Shown: positions 28,387 to 39,078, counted from the first letter of the stretch. The stretch is DNA of 64,000 nucleotides from Acidimicrobiales bacterium (GCA_044220495.1 JBGAQY010000007.1:11112-75111), one strand, 5' to 3'. Numbers and translations are program-made. Notes: generated by a model not told the origin, from the sequence alone.

Positions 28387-29654
28387 CCAACTTGTTTGCC
28401 GCTGCGACCGGAGCCACGCAAGCAACGGGCGACCCGCTGTTTGCCGACGGCGTTGACCTTGCGGTCGTTTTGATCGTCGGTCTAAAGGTACTGGTCACCT
28501 TTGTTGCACTGATGGTCGCCGTTCTCTTCATGGTGTGGTTCGAACGCAAAGTCATTTCTGACATGCAAAACCGAATTGGCCCCGACCGCGCCGGTGGCAA
28601 GTTCGGAACGTTGCAGTCATTAGCCGACGGCATAAAGCTTTTCTTCAAAGAAGACCTTTTGCCCGAGCGCGCTGACAAACGAACATTTCGACTCGCGCCA
28701 TATCTCGCGCTCGTGCCGGCATTTTTGGCATTTGCCATTGTGCCGATTGGCGGCACTGTCACGATCTTTGGGCATGAGACTCGCTTGCAACTCGCTGATC
28801 CTCCAGCGGGCATCTTGTGGCTGCTTGTCATGTCGTCAATTTCGGTTTACGGCGTAATGCTTGCCGGATGGTCGTCGGGCTCGAAGTATCCACTTCTCGG
28901 TTCGGTGCGGGCGTCAGCACAGATGGTCAGCTACGAAGCCGCGCTTGGGTTGTCAGTCGCTGCTGTCGTGCTTGCCAGTGGCGCGCTTGAAACAAGTCAG
29001 ATCGTCGCCAGCCAAGCGGGTCCTTTGCATGCAGGTTGGTGGAGCTGGCTGCACAACTGGCACATCGTCGGTCTTGCTCTCGTGCCGTTCTGCGTGTTCG
29101 TGATTGCCGGCACGGCAGAGCTCAACCGTCCACCGTTCGACCTTGTCGAGGCAGAGTCTGAGCTCGTGGGTGGTTTCCATACCGAATACTCCGGAATTCG
29201 ATTCGCCATGTTCTTTCTCGCTGAATTCATGAACACGGTGACGATGTCAGCCATCATCGTCACGTTGTTCCTCGGTGGTGGCGACGGGCCCACGTGGAGC
29301 TTCTTGCCCGCCTGGTTGTGGCCAATCATCTGGTTCATCGCCAAGCTCGGCGTATTTCTCTACGCATATGTGTGGATTCGCGGCACCCTGCCTCGCCTGC
29401 GTTACGACCAACTGATGGATCTTGGTTGGAAGATCCTGATTCCGCTCAGCCTCGCTTGGATATTGATCCTTGCCGCATGGCGGCTCGAACCTCGCTACGG
29501 CCTGTTCACTATTGCGGGCATGGTGTTTGCTGCCATCGTTCTTTACACGTCGATGGAAGTTGGTCGCCAGCGTCGCGAACTCGACCAACGCGACGCGTTT
29601 GGCACACCAACAGGAGCCCCCGCGCCCGCCACTAACGAAGCGAGTGTCTCATGA
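28383..29654 (+). CDS. nuoH: NADH-quinone oxidoreductase subunit H
   Basis: MQNRIGP, DGIKLFFKE, RPPFDLVEAESEL and RLRYDQL motifs. Confidence 0.98.
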   Translation: MTNLFAAATGATQATGDPLFADGVDLAVVLIVGLKVLVTFVALMVAVLFMVWFERKVISDMQNRIGPDRAGGKFGTLQSLADGIKLFFKEDLLPERADKRTFRLAPYLALVPAFLAFAIVPIGGTVTIFGHETRLQLADPPAGILWLLVMSSISVYGVMLAGWSSGSKYPLLGSVRASAQMVSYEAALGLSVAAVVLASGALETSQIVASQAGPLHAGWWSWLHNWHIVGLALVPFCVFVIAGTAELNRPPFDLVEAESELVGGFHTEYSGIRFAMFFLAEFMNTVTMSAIIVTLFLGGGDGPTWSFLPAWLWPIIWFIAKLGVFLYAYVWIRGTLPRLRYDQLMDLGWKILIPLSLAWILILAAWRLEPRYGLFTIAGMVFAAIVLYTSMEVGRQRRELDQRDAFGTPTGAPAPATNEASVS

Positions 29655-30280
29655 AGGTCGCCAACTTCTTCCGAGGCTTTGGCATCGTTCTTCGCCAGAC
29701 CTGGAAAAAGAAGATCACCATCAAGTACCCCGACCACAAGCGCCCCAAGCCGGCGCGCTTTCACGGTCGACATGTTCTCAACCGTTACGAAGACGGCATG
29801 GAGAAGTGCATCGGGTGCGAATTGTGCGCGGGTGTGTGTCCTGCCCGCTGCATTTACGTTCGTGGCAAAGACAACCCAATCGACTCACCGGTTTCGCCGG
29901 GTGAGCGTTTCGGGTTCGTCTACGAGATCAACTACCTGCGCTGCATTCACTGCGACATGTGTGTCGAAGCGTGCCCGACCGAGGCGATCACCGAGTCAAA
30001 ACTGTTCGAGTTCTCCTTTACGAATCGTGACGACGCGATCTATACGCAAGACCAATTGATTGTCGACGACGACGGCAACCCACAGCAGATGCCGTGGGAG
30101 CGTTGGTACGAAACTGAGATCACGCCCACCTCGGCATGGATGCGAGCAACTGCTCCATCGGGTTCGTCACAGCACGTGGGCACTTCACTTTGGTCGTCTG
30201 AGCTCGGTTATGGCAACCGTGCGGCCGAAGACGGGCAGAACTCCGATACTGACGAAACAACTAAGAAGGCGTCGAACTAG
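29651..30280 (+). CDS. nuoI: NADH-quinone oxidoreductase subunit I
   Basis: CIGCELC...CP and CIHCDMCVEACP motifs. Confidence 0.97.
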   Translation: MKVANFFRGFGIVLRQTWKKKITIKYPDHKRPKPARFHGRHVLNRYEDGMEKCIGCELCAGVCPARCIYVRGKDNPIDSPVSPGERFGFVYEINYLRCIHCDMCVEACPTEAITESKLFEFSFTNRDDAIYTQDQLIVDDDGNPQQMPWERWYETEITPTSAWMRATAPSGSSQHVGTSLWSSELGYGNRAAEDGQNSDTDETTKKASN

Positions 30281-30933
30281 TGGCCATGGTCCTCAGTGCA
30301 GCGCACGCTCCTGACATTGCAGTGTTCGCCGTTGCGGCAACGATCATCTTGTTTGGTGCGCTTGGCGTGGTGTTGGCTCGCAACCCCGTGCACAACGCGC
30401 TCAGTCTCGTCCTGACGTTGTTTGGTGTCGCTGTGTTGTTCGTTGAGCAGGGCGCTCATTTTCTCGCTGCCGTTCAGGTCATCGTTTACGCCGGCGCGAT
30501 CGTCGTGTTGTTCTTGTTCGTCATCATGCTGTTGGGTGTTGATCGAACAGACTCTGTGAACGAAGGCTCGCTAAAGAGTCAGCGAGTCTTCGCAATTCTC
30601 TTTAGCGTCGCTACCTTCGCCGTCCTTGTTGCTATCGGTCGCGATTCTTGGGATGCAACCGGTGCAATGTCACAAGGTGGCTCGGCTTCGGGTGACGGGT
30701 CAAACGTTGCCAAGCTCGCCGACTCGTTGTTCACCGATTACTTGTTCCCGTTCGAAGCGACATCGGTTTTGCTCGTCATTGCTGTTGTGGGCGCCGTGTT
30801 CTTGTCGCGTCGTTTCGGCGCCGCATCAGCGTCAGCTCCGCTTATCACCGAGGGCGAACAGTCCGTTGACGAGTCTGATGTTGACGAGTCTGATGCCACC
30901 ACCGTTGAGTCATCAGAGGGTTCGCCGTCATGA
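30280..30933 (+). CDS. nuoJ: NADH-quinone oxidoreductase subunit J
   Basis: [20 protein letters not shown] and PFEATSVLL motifs. Confidence 0.96.
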   Translation: MAMVLSAAHAPDIAVFAVAATIILFGALGVVLARNPVHNALSLVLTLFGVAVLFVEQGAHFLAAVQVIVYAGAIVVLFLFVIMLLGVDRTDSVNEGSLKSQRVFAILFSVATFAVLVAIGRDSWDATGAMSQGGSASGDGSNVAKLADSLFTDYLFPFEATSVLLVIAVVGAVFLSRRFGAASASAPLITEGEQSVDESDVDESDATTVESSEGSPS

Positions 30934-31235
30934 GTTTGTCAATTGCGCCTTATTTGCTGTTATCAGCCGCACTGTTTTCGATCGGAGCCATTGGCCTCTT
31001 AGTGCGCCGCAATGTTCTGGTGATGTTCATGTGTGTTGAGTTGATGCTCAACGCAGTGAACCTCACGTTCGTGTCGTTCGCCCGACGACTCGACGACATC
31101 GCTGGTCAGTCGCTGGTTTTCTTCGTCATGGTTGTGGCTGCCGCCGAGGTAGTAGTCGGTTTGGGCATCATCGTTTCAATATTCCGTCACCGTTCGGGCA
31201 CCACCGCGGACGATCTAAACAACCTTCGAGGCTGA
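30930..31235 (+). CDS. nuoK: NADH-quinone oxidoreductase subunit K
   Basis: [11 protein letters not shown] and VAAAEVVVG motifs. Confidence 0.97.
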   Translation: MSLSIAPYLLLSAALFSIGAIGLLVRRNVLVMFMCVELMLNAVNLTFVSFARRLDDIAGQSLVFFVMVVAAAEVVVGLGIIVSIFRHRSGTTADDLNNLRG

Positions 31236-31238
31236 CGC

Positions 31239-33176
31239 GTGATCGAGCTCGCTTTTCTCATCCCTACATTTCCGCTGGTCGGGTTCTTGATTCTCGCCTT
31301 CTTCGGTAAGCGCATTGGCGACCCCAAGGCCGGTTATGTGGGTACAGCAGCGGTAACGCTGTCGTTTCTTGCCACTCTCATTGTTTGGCTTGGTGTTCTC
31401 ACGCACAACGGATTGCTGCGACAACACACGCAAGTTCTCTTCGATTGGATCACCGTCGGCGAACTTCACGTTCGTGCTGCGTTGTTGATCGACCAGCTGT
31501 CGGTGACGATGGCATTGTTCGTCACTGGCGTGAGTGCACTCATCCACCTCTATTCGGTGGGTTACATGAAGAAAGACCCTCGCTACCACCAGTTCTTCGT
31601 TTACTTGAACCTGTTTGTGTTCTCGATGCTGATCTTGGTGCTGGGCGACAACTTCTTGATGCTGTTCCTCGGTTGGGAAGGCGTCGGAGCGTCGTCCTAT
31701 CTGCTGATCGGTTTCTGGTTTGAACGCTCGTCGGCAGCCACTGCGGCCAAGAAGGCGTTCGTGATGAACCGCATCGGTGACGCCGGTTTGTTGCTCGGCA
31801 TGTTCCTTATCTTCCACGAGCTTGGTACGTGGGATTTTTACGGTGAGGGTGGCACTGGCGTGCTCGACCGATTGAACGAGATCCCCGGCGGCACGATTAC
31901 TGCGATCGCTCTGCTCTTGTTCGTTGGTGCCGTAGGCAAGTCAGCGCAGCTGCCCCTGTACACATGGTTGCCCGACGCAATGGAAGGCCCGACGCCAGTG
32001 TCGGCGTTGATCCACGCGGCGACGATGGTTACGGCAGGCGTCTACTTGATGGCCCGCATTGCGCCGATGCTCGAACTTTCTGATGTTGCTGCCAACACGG
32101 TTGCGATAGTTGGTGCGTCAACGGCGCTGTTCGCGGCCACCATTGCCTGCGCTCAAAACGACATCAAGCGTGTGCTCGCGTATTCGACGATGTCGCAACT
32201 CGGCTACATGTTCTTGGCGGTTGGTTCAGGCGCTTACGCTTTCGGCCTCTTCCACATGGTTACGCACGCGTTCTTCAAGGCCCTGCTCTTCTTGAGCGCT
32301 GGTTCTGTCATTCATGCCCTTGCTGACGAGCAAGATCTGAAGAAGATGGGCAACCTGCGCAAGTACTTACCGTGGACAGCACTTTGTTTCGGCGTTGGCT
32401 GGCTTGCTCTTGCTGGCATTTTTCCGTTCGCAGGATTCTGGTCGAAAGACGAAATCTTGCTCGCTGCCTACGAGAAAAACATTTGGTTGTGGGGCGTTGG
32501 CGCCGTCACGGTCTTGCTAACTGCGTATTACATGAGCCGCTTGTTCTTCCTGGCATTTTTCGGCAACGAGCACTGGCGCAAGGCGAACTCATCAAAGAAA
32601 GAAGCTGCAGCGCACTCGCACGAGTTGCACGGTGAGCCGCACGAAGCTCCATGGTCAATGCGTGCGCCGCTTGTCATCTTGGCGGTCGCCAGCGCCATAG
32701 CTGGTTTTCTAAACGTGTCGTTCGGGCCCTTCCGCGAAGTGTTCTCTAATTTCCTTGCACCCGTTGATGGGCTTGGCATTGAGCACGAACACATCGAGAC
32801 AGCCACCAAGGTCAATCTTGCTGGCATCAGTTTGGGTCTAGCCCTGCTTGGCATCTTGATTGCGTTTTTGGTCTTCAAGCGCTCACCGCTTTGGCCTGAG
32901 GCGCTTGAACCGAAGGTTCTCGTTCGTTGCTGGTTTGTCGACCCGCTCTATTCGCTGCTGTTTGAAAAGCCAGGTTTGCTCCTAGCGCGCTTCTCTTCAG
33001 CGATCGTCGACAAACAAGTCATCGATGGGGCAGTGAACGGCACTGCTAAAGGCACGGCCCTTGTCGGTGCCGGTCTTCGCAAGGTTCAAACCGGCTACGT
33101 GCGCAACTACGCACTCAGCATCGCAATTGGCACCTCGCTAGTGCTCGCATGGGCGCTTGTTCGGAGCGGCTCATGA
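31239..33176 (+). CDS. nuoL: NADH-quinone oxidoreductase subunit L
   Basis: GWEGVG and GKSAQLPLYTWLPDAMEGPTPVSALIHAATMV motifs. Confidence 0.98.
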   Translation: MIELAFLIPTFPLVGFLILAFFGKRIGDPKAGYVGTAAVTLSFLATLIVWLGVLTHNGLLRQHTQVLFDWITVGELHVRAALLIDQLSVTMALFVTGVSALIHLYSVGYMKKDPRYHQFFVYLNLFVFSMLILVLGDNFLMLFLGWEGVGASSYLLIGFWFERSSAATAAKKAFVMNRIGDAGLLLGMFLIFHELGTWDFYGEGGTGVLDRLNEIPGGTITAIALLLFVGAVGKSAQLPLYTWLPDAMEGPTPVSALIHAATMVTAGVYLMARIAPMLELSDVAANTVAIVGASTALFAATIACAQNDIKRVLAYSTMSQLGYMFLAVGSGAYAFGLFHMVTHAFFKALLFLSAGSVIHALADEQDLKKMGNLRKYLPWTALCFGVGWLALAGIFPFAGFWSKDEILLAAYEKNIWLWGVGAVTVLLTAYYMSRLFFLAFFGNEHWRKANSSKKEAAAHSHELHGEPHEAPWSMRAPLVILAVASAIAGFLNVSFGPFREVFSNFLAPVDGLGIEHEHIETATKVNLAGISLGLALLGILIAFLVFKRSPLWPEALEPKVLVRCWFVDPLYSLLFEKPGLLLARFSSAIVDKQVIDGAVNGTAKGTALVGAGLRKVQTGYVRNYALSIAIGTSLVLAWALVRSGS

Positions 33177-34828
33177 CAGCGCTACTTGGTGCCAGCACCT
33201 TCAACGACATGGCCGGCGGCTTTCCGCTTCTCACGCTTATCGTTCTCGTTCCCGTTGCCGGTGCCCTGCTGATTGCATTTGGGTCAACGATTGATTTCAC
33301 TCCACAGGGCAGTCGCACGATTGCGATCGTCACTGCTGGTATCGAGTTGCTGCTCAGCGCTCTGCTTGTCGTTGGCTTCGACAAGACCAACAGCGGCATG
33401 CAGTTCGTCAGCAAGCACGCGTGGCTGCCTAGCTTCGGCGTCAATTGGCAACTTGGTGTCGATGGAATCTCGCTATTCCTCGTCGCCCTTTCGTCGCTGA
33501 TGTTCCTGCTGATTATCTGCAGCATCAAAGGCAGAGAACGCGTGTCATCAATGTTCGCTTGGATGTTGCTGTTGCAAGCCGGCTGCGTTGGCGCCTTCTT
33601 GTCGCTTGATCTGTTCCTCTTCTTCGTGTTCTTCGAACTCGTGCTCGCGCCGATGTACTTCATGATTGTCGGCTGGGGATCTGAACGACGTCGTTACGCA
33701 GCGCTCAAGTTCTTCATCTACACGTTGAGCGGTTCGGCGTTCTTGCTGGTCGGCATCATGGCGCTTGTTTTCATCACGTCGTCGAAGAGCGGTCAGCCGG
33801 TAACTTTCGACTTGCTTGCCTTGCAGCAAGCCAAGGCCTTCTCGGTTACCGAAGGCCGTTGGCTTTTCGTTGCCTTTGCGATCGCCTTTGCAGTGAAGGT
33901 GCCGATCTTTCCCCTCCACACCTGGCTTGCCGATACTTACGAAGAGTCGCCTATTGCTGGTGTCGTTGCTTCTACCAGTGTCATGGTCAAGCTCGGCACT
34001 TACGGGTTTGTGCGCTTCTGTGTCGCGCTCTTTCCTGACGCAGCGCATTACTTTGCGCCAACGCTGTTGACTCTCGCCGTTATCGGCATGATTTACGGGG
34101 CCATCGTTGCTGCGATCCAAAAGGGGTTGAAGCGACTGCTTGCATACGCTTCGCTCTCGCACCTTGGTTTCATCGTTTTGGGTACTTTTGCTGGCACCGA
34201 ACAAGGCCTCACTGGTGCAGTCATTCAAATGGTCAACCATGGCCTCACGTCAGGTGGCCTCTTCTTGTTGCTGGGCATGATCTATCTGCGACGCGGCACA
34301 ACCGAGATCGATCGTCTACGTGGACTTCAAAAGTCAGCGCCCTTCCTTGCTGGAGTGTTCACGCTTGTGACGCTGGCATCGATCGGTGTTCCAGGCTTGA
34401 ACGGTTTCGTTGGTGAGCTGTTGATCTTGTTGGGCACGTTCGAGTCACACCGATGGTGGGCTGTCGTTGGTACCGGTGCCGTTGTCCTTGCCTCGGTTTA
34501 CATGCTGTGGGCCTATCAGCGCGTCTTCCACAACGACCCCGACGAAGACAACGTGATCAAAGAGATGACGCATGGCGAGCGCTGGTTGATGGCGCCGATT
34601 GTCGTTCTCGTTGTGTTCCTTGGTGTGTACCCACAACCTGTTCTCGATCGCATTCAGCCGGCTGCGCAGGTGATCATCTATCCCAATGCGCCAAGGGTCA
34701 TCAACCCGCATGAGCAAGCGCAAAGCGAGACTCAGCCCGCTACTCAATCAACGACGACAGAGACATCAGTGCCGAGCGAACCTGAACCATCGACAACGCC
34801 TCCCACGAGCAACGAGGTGCAGCAATGA
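33173..34828 (+). CDS. nuoM: NADH-quinone oxidoreductase subunit M
   Basis: GVDGIS, FFELVL, VKVPIFPLHTW and PGLNGFVGE motifs. Confidence 0.97.
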   Translation: MTALLGASTFNDMAGGFPLLTLIVLVPVAGALLIAFGSTIDFTPQGSRTIAIVTAGIELLLSALLVVGFDKTNSGMQFVSKHAWLPSFGVNWQLGVDGISLFLVALSSLMFLLIICSIKGRERVSSMFAWMLLLQAGCVGAFLSLDLFLFFVFFELVLAPMYFMIVGWGSERRRYAALKFFIYTLSGSAFLLVGIMALVFITSSKSGQPVTFDLLALQQAKAFSVTEGRWLFVAFAIAFAVKVPIFPLHTWLADTYEESPIAGVVASTSVMVKLGTYGFVRFCVALFPDAAHYFAPTLLTLAVIGMIYGAIVAAIQKGLKRLLAYASLSHLGFIVLGTFAGTEQGLTGAVIQMVNHGLTSGGLFLLLGMIYLRRGTTEIDRLRGLQKSAPFLAGVFTLVTLASIGVPGLNGFVGELLILLGTFESHRWWAVVGTGAVVLASVYMLWAYQRVFHNDPDEDNVIKEMTHGERWLMAPIVVLVVFLGVYPQPVLDRIQPAAQVIIYPNAPRVINPHEQAQSETQPATQSTTTETSVPSEPEPSTTPPTSNEVQQ

Positions 34829-36486
34829 CATCGATCGTCTCGCTTTTTGGTGCCACTGCGGCTGATGGTTCTGAGCTGGTGTTTCCTGACATTGCCTATT
34901 CGGCTGTCATTCCGCAACTGATTCTCATCGGCGGCGCACTCGTATTGCTGCTGCTCTCGTCGCTGTTCCGAGACAATGCCGACTCACGGGCTTACGCGTC
35001 TTACACAGCGCTCGTCGGTTTTGCCGCCATGGTCAGCGCGGTCTTTGTTTGGAAAGACGCCACAGACGTTGGTCCAACGAGTGCGTTTCAGGGCTCGATT
35101 GCTCGAGATCACTTCAGCCTTTTCTTCGTCATCACGATCAGCGTTGCGTTGATACTCAGCGCCGTTTTGGCTGAACGTTGGCTTAGAAAACACGACGAGT
35201 CTGGCCCCGAGTTCTACGTACTGTCGATGCTCTCGGCCGCTGGCGGAATGATGATGGCCGCCGCCAATGACTTGATTGTCGTCTTCCTCGGTCTCGAGAT
35301 TTTGTCGCTGGCGCTCTATGTGCTTGCTGCTTTCAACCGATCGAGTGAACGATCACGCGAGGCAGCGCTCAAGTACTTCGTGCTTGGCGCGTTTTCTTCG
35401 GCGATCTTCCTCTATGGAATTGCGCTGGTCTACGGCGCGACCGGCAGCACCAACCTCACAAAAATCGCAGCGTTCCTTTCTCAGAACACGCTGTTTGAAG
35501 ACGGCCTACTTGTTTCTGGTCTTGTGCTTCTTATCGTCGGTCTTGCTTTCAAAGTTGCCGCCGCTCCGTTCCACCAATGGACACCCGATGTGTACCAAGG
35601 CTCACCCACGCCGGTCGTTGCTTTCATGGCAGCAGTTGCAAAGGCAGCAGGGTTTGCGGCCTTTGCCAGGATCTTCATCGGTGCGCTCTATACGGCAAAA
35701 CTCGATTGGCAGCCCGTGCTGTTGGTGCTTGCGATACTGACGCTTTTCGTCGGCTCAATCGCTGCGTGCATGCAGCGTGACGTCAAGCGCATGCTCGCTT
35801 ACTCATCGATCAGCCACGCGGGTTACATCTTGCTTGGTCTTCAAACAGGCTCGATCGATGGTCTGAGTGGAGCTCTTTACTACGTGTTCGCATACACGTT
35901 TATGGCGATCGGTACCTTCGCCATCGTCAATTTTGTGGCGGGCGACGAAGATCGCATGCACGACATCGACGACTACAAAGGCGTTGCCGCTCGACACCCG
36001 ATTGCTGCCCTCTGTCTGGCGGTATTGCTGTTGGCCCAAGCTGGTCTACCGCCAACATCGGGTTTCCTTGCCAAGTTCTACGTGATCTCGGCGCAAGTCA
36101 AAGAAGGCGAATACGCAGTTGCCGTTATTGCAATGTTGGCTGCTGCAATCGCTGCTTACTTCTACCTGCGCATCGCATTCAAGATGTACGCCCCGGCCGA
36201 CGGTGTCGACGTCGACGCTCCAGCAGTCGAGCCGACGCCGGCTGCCGAGGCCATCACCTCAGAACCACATGCCGAGACTTCAGGTGGTGTTGCCACTGAC
36301 GTGTTGCCGTCACTCGAAGCGACAACGGCGAAGCCTGTGTTCATCGAATACGGCGCAACTTGGGTTGTGGTCGCCATCTGCGTTGGTCTCACTGTCGCCT
36401 TCGGCGTCTTCCCTCAAGACTGGCTCAACGCGATCGAGTTCGCGCGCAAAGCGGCCGAAGACATCTTCCCGACTGTGTCGAACTGA
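34825..36486 (+). CDS. nuoN: NADH-quinone oxidoreductase subunit N
   Basis: EAALKYF, FKVAAAPFHQWTPDVYQGSP and KRMLAYSSISH motifs. Confidence 0.97.
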   Translation: MTSIVSLFGATAADGSELVFPDIAYSAVIPQLILIGGALVLLLLSSLFRDNADSRAYASYTALVGFAAMVSAVFVWKDATDVGPTSAFQGSIARDHFSLFFVITISVALILSAVLAERWLRKHDESGPEFYVLSMLSAAGGMMMAAANDLIVVFLGLEILSLALYVLAAFNRSSERSREAALKYFVLGAFSSAIFLYGIALVYGATGSTNLTKIAAFLSQNTLFEDGLLVSGLVLLIVGLAFKVAAAPFHQWTPDVYQGSPTPVVAFMAAVAKAAGFAAFARIFIGALYTAKLDWQPVLLVLAILTLFVGSIAACMQRDVKRMLAYSSISHAGYILLGLQTGSIDGLSGALYYVFAYTFMAIGTFAIVNFVAGDEDRMHDIDDYKGVAARHPIAALCLAVLLLAQAGLPPTSGFLAKFYVISAQVKEGEYAVAVIAMLAAAIAAYFYLRIAFKMYAPADGVDVDAPAVEPTPAAEAITSEPHAETSGGVATDVLPSLEATTAKPVFIEYGATWVVVAICVGLTVAFGVFPQDWLNAIEFARKAAEDIFPTVSN

Positions 36487-36549
36487 CCCGAATCGATTTC
36501 GCTGGCAACTTCCCGAGCAAATCGGCGCTGCTTTGACTAAAAATGTGCA

Positions 36550-37770
36550 ATGGCAGAGGACGCGCCCAGGCCAATGCACACGTTGCCGTTGCCCGAAGCG
36601 GCCCGGTGGCTCAAGCTCGATGAAGGCGCCGTTCGTTCGCTGATCGAGGGCGGGTACTTCAAGAGCACTGGTGACAACATCGCGCTTCTCGACGTAAAAG
36701 CGTTTCTCGCCCGCAATGCTGATGGTGGCGTTGGCTCGGCCATTGGCGTCGCGGCAGCGGCTACCGACCCTCAAGCCCTGCTCGATGCGCTCGACGCACG
36801 CACCGATGAGTTGGCGACACAGGCTTACGACCGTTTCACACACGAGATTCCAGAAGCGATGAATTGGTCGCCTCGCCAGCGCGACACGTTCCTTCAGCAA
36901 GCCAAAGGTCGCTTCGGCGCCATCTTGGCAGTGATGGGCCAGGGATCCGAGGTTGATGCGGCCCTGCAACGCGATCTCGAAGAAGTTGGTGCCAACGCGG
37001 CTTGGGCGGGCAGTTCGTTGCCGCATCTGCTCATAGTTCTTCGCATCAGTCGCGATCTGCTGCTGCAAACAGCTATGCGGTTGTCTGACGAACGTGAGGG
37101 GCGGCTTAATGCCTCGCTTGCCGCCTTTGCTGCGCGCATGTTACCGGCAATCGATCGTCTGACCGATGCACTTGCCAACGGCTACTGGAACGCAATGGTT
37201 GAAAAGCACACCGAGCAACTCGATCGTCTCACCGGGCTACTTGAGCGCACGCCATACGGCGTCTACGAAGCCGATATGGACGGTGTGGTGCAATACGCAA
37301 ACCCCGCGCTGGCAACGTTGCTTGGCAAGACAGGCGAAGACCTCGAAGGCCAAGCTCTAACGCAGGTGTTCCAAACCAGCGACGGCGGCGCTTCGGTCGG
37401 TGCGTTGATTGCTGAACCTGCGAACGACATTGGCCAAGTGCGATTGAAAGTCTCCACTGGGCTCGGCGATGTGCCGCTCGACATCGACACAGTCGTACGT
37501 CGTGATCGCGAAGCGATTGTTGGCTTCGCTGGTGTTGTGCGCGCCGTTCCGCTCACCGAGAAACCAATTGGTGCCGAGTCGATGGTGCGTCACATCTACG
37601 AGTTGCGGCGATCGCTCGAAATTCTCACTGAGGCGGGCTCAGTGCTCGAACGACATTCCGACAAGATCGGGCCGGCGCAAGTTAAACAAGCCGGTGTGTC
37701 AGTGCGTCAGCAGGGCGACCGTCTGATGACGATTGTCGACGAGCTCGATAACGATCGTCGCAGCGACTAA
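36550..37770 (+). CDS. Hypothetical signalling protein: HTH-like, helical (RsbRD-N-like), PAS and degenerate DHp domains
   Basis: LPEAARWLKLDEGAVRSLIEGG resembles an excisionase/MerR HTH; LLERTPYGVYEADMDGVVQYANPALATLLG is a PAS start; HIYELRRSL...QGDRLMTIVDEL resembles HisKA. Confidence 0.75.
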   Translation: MAEDAPRPMHTLPLPEAARWLKLDEGAVRSLIEGGYFKSTGDNIALLDVKAFLARNADGGVGSAIGVAAAATDPQALLDALDARTDELATQAYDRFTHEIPEAMNWSPRQRDTFLQQAKGRFGAILAVMGQGSEVDAALQRDLEEVGANAAWAGSSLPHLLIVLRISRDLLLQTAMRLSDEREGRLNASLAAFAARMLPAIDRLTDALANGYWNAMVEKHTEQLDRLTGLLERTPYGVYEADMDGVVQYANPALATLLGKTGEDLEGQALTQVFQTSDGGASVGALIAEPANDIGQVRLKVSTGLGDVPLDIDTVVRRDREAIVGFAGVVRAVPLTEKPIGAESMVRHIYELRRSLEILTEAGSVLERHSDKIGPAQVKQAGVSVRQQGDRLMTIVDELDNDRRSD

Positions 37771-37773
37771 TTG

Positions 37774-39033
37774 CTAAGCGGGTGGTCGAGTGTCGAGGGC
37801 GGCCTCAGCTGCCTGCAGTAACCGAGAAGTACATCCGCTCATCTCGATCAACGGCACGACGCTCGTAACTATGTTTTCGGCCAGTTCGGCAAACGCCCTG
37901 GCCACTGGGCCTTCGGGTTCTCCGATCGCTACCGGAACTCCCGCATCACCACCGGCAGAAACCGATGGGTCAAGAGGGATTTGAGCGACGAGAGGCACGC
38001 CTGTGTTGCGGGCGAGGCGTTCTCCACCGCCAGCACCGAAAAGCTTGTAGGTCTCTCCGTGCGTGCACTCGAACGTGCTCATGTTCTCAACGATTCCAGC
38101 GACGCGCAGATAACCGCGGCGTGCCATGTCGACTGCGCGCGCAGCGACTTGTTGTGCAGCAAGCGCAGGTGTTGTGACGACCAACAGGTCAGCGCGCGGC
38201 ATCATGCGCGCAAGACCCATCTGCACATCGCCGGTGCCGGGCGGCATGTCGATGAGCAAGTAGTCCATCTCGCCCCATTGAACGTCTTCGAGAAAGTGTT
38301 GCAGCGCGCGATTGAGCATCAGGCCGCGCAGCATGATGGCTTCGTCGGCACCGGAGCCTTCAATCAAGCCCATCGACACGAGCTTTAGCGCGCCGGCGCC
38401 AATCGGCTTGATGACCGGATTGATCTTGCCTTTGTCGGCAATGAGTCGTTCGTCGACGCCAAGCAGATGGGGGATTGAGAAGCCCGCGATGTCCGCGTCG
38501 AGCAGACCCACTGTTAACCCGCGGGCTGCTAACGCAACGGCGAGGTTGGCCGTAACCGAACTCTTGCCTACGCCACCTTTACCCGACGCGATCGCGATCA
38601 CGCGCGTGTTTGGCGGAACCTGTGTCACGGGTGCTGATTCGCGCGCCTTCCAACGAGCGCGCGCCATCAACGCCGACCGTTCGTCGGGGCTCATTGAACC
38701 CATCTCGATCTTCACTTCCGTGACGCCTGACAATGATCCGACGCGGGTCGTGATGTCGTTGCGAAGCTGTGTGCGCAACGGGCAGCCAGCAATAGTGAGG
38801 GCAAACGTGATCTCGACAAGTCCGTCACTGCTGAGGGTGATGCCTCGCACCATCCCAAGGTCGACAACGTTGTCGCCGAGCTCGGGGTCGATAACCCCGC
38901 GCAGGGCCGACCGAATGCCCTCGATGTCGAGTGGAATACCTGCAGAAGCCACGATTGTTGAATCGTAATGGCGCCTGGCTTGTTCCCGACAGGGGGCCAT
39001 TTCGACGGGCTCTCGCATATCGAGTGTCGCCAA
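37774..39033 (-). CDS. mrp: Mrp/NBP35 (ApbC) Fe-S carrier ATPase with an N-terminal DUF59 domain
   Basis: VIDPELGDNVVDLGMV, GCPL, SGKGGVGKS, DMPPGTGD and ENMS motifs; the true start may be about 100 nt downstream. Confidence 0.93.
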   Translation of the reverse strand: MATLDMREPVEMAPCREQARRHYDSTIVASAGIPLDIEGIRSALRGVIDPELGDNVVDLGMVRGITLSSDGLVEITFALTIAGCPLRTQLRNDITTRVGSLSGVTEVKIEMGSMSPDERSALMARARWKARESAPVTQVPPNTRVIAIASGKGGVGKSSVTANLAVALAARGLTVGLLDADIAGFSIPHLLGVDERLIADKGKINPVIKPIGAGALKLVSMGLIEGSGADEAIMLRGLMLNRALQHFLEDVQWGEMDYLLIDMPPGTGDVQMGLARMMPRADLLVVTTPALAAQQVAARAVDMARRGYLRVAGIVENMSTFECTHGETYKLFGAGGGERLARNTGVPLVAQIPLDPSVSAGGDAGVPVAIGEPEGPVARAFAELAENIVTSVVPLIEMSGCTSRLLQAAEAALDTRPPA

Positions 39034-39078
39034 GTAAACTGATTTTCGTTCCTAGAGCCTTACGGAGGGCCAAAAGTC

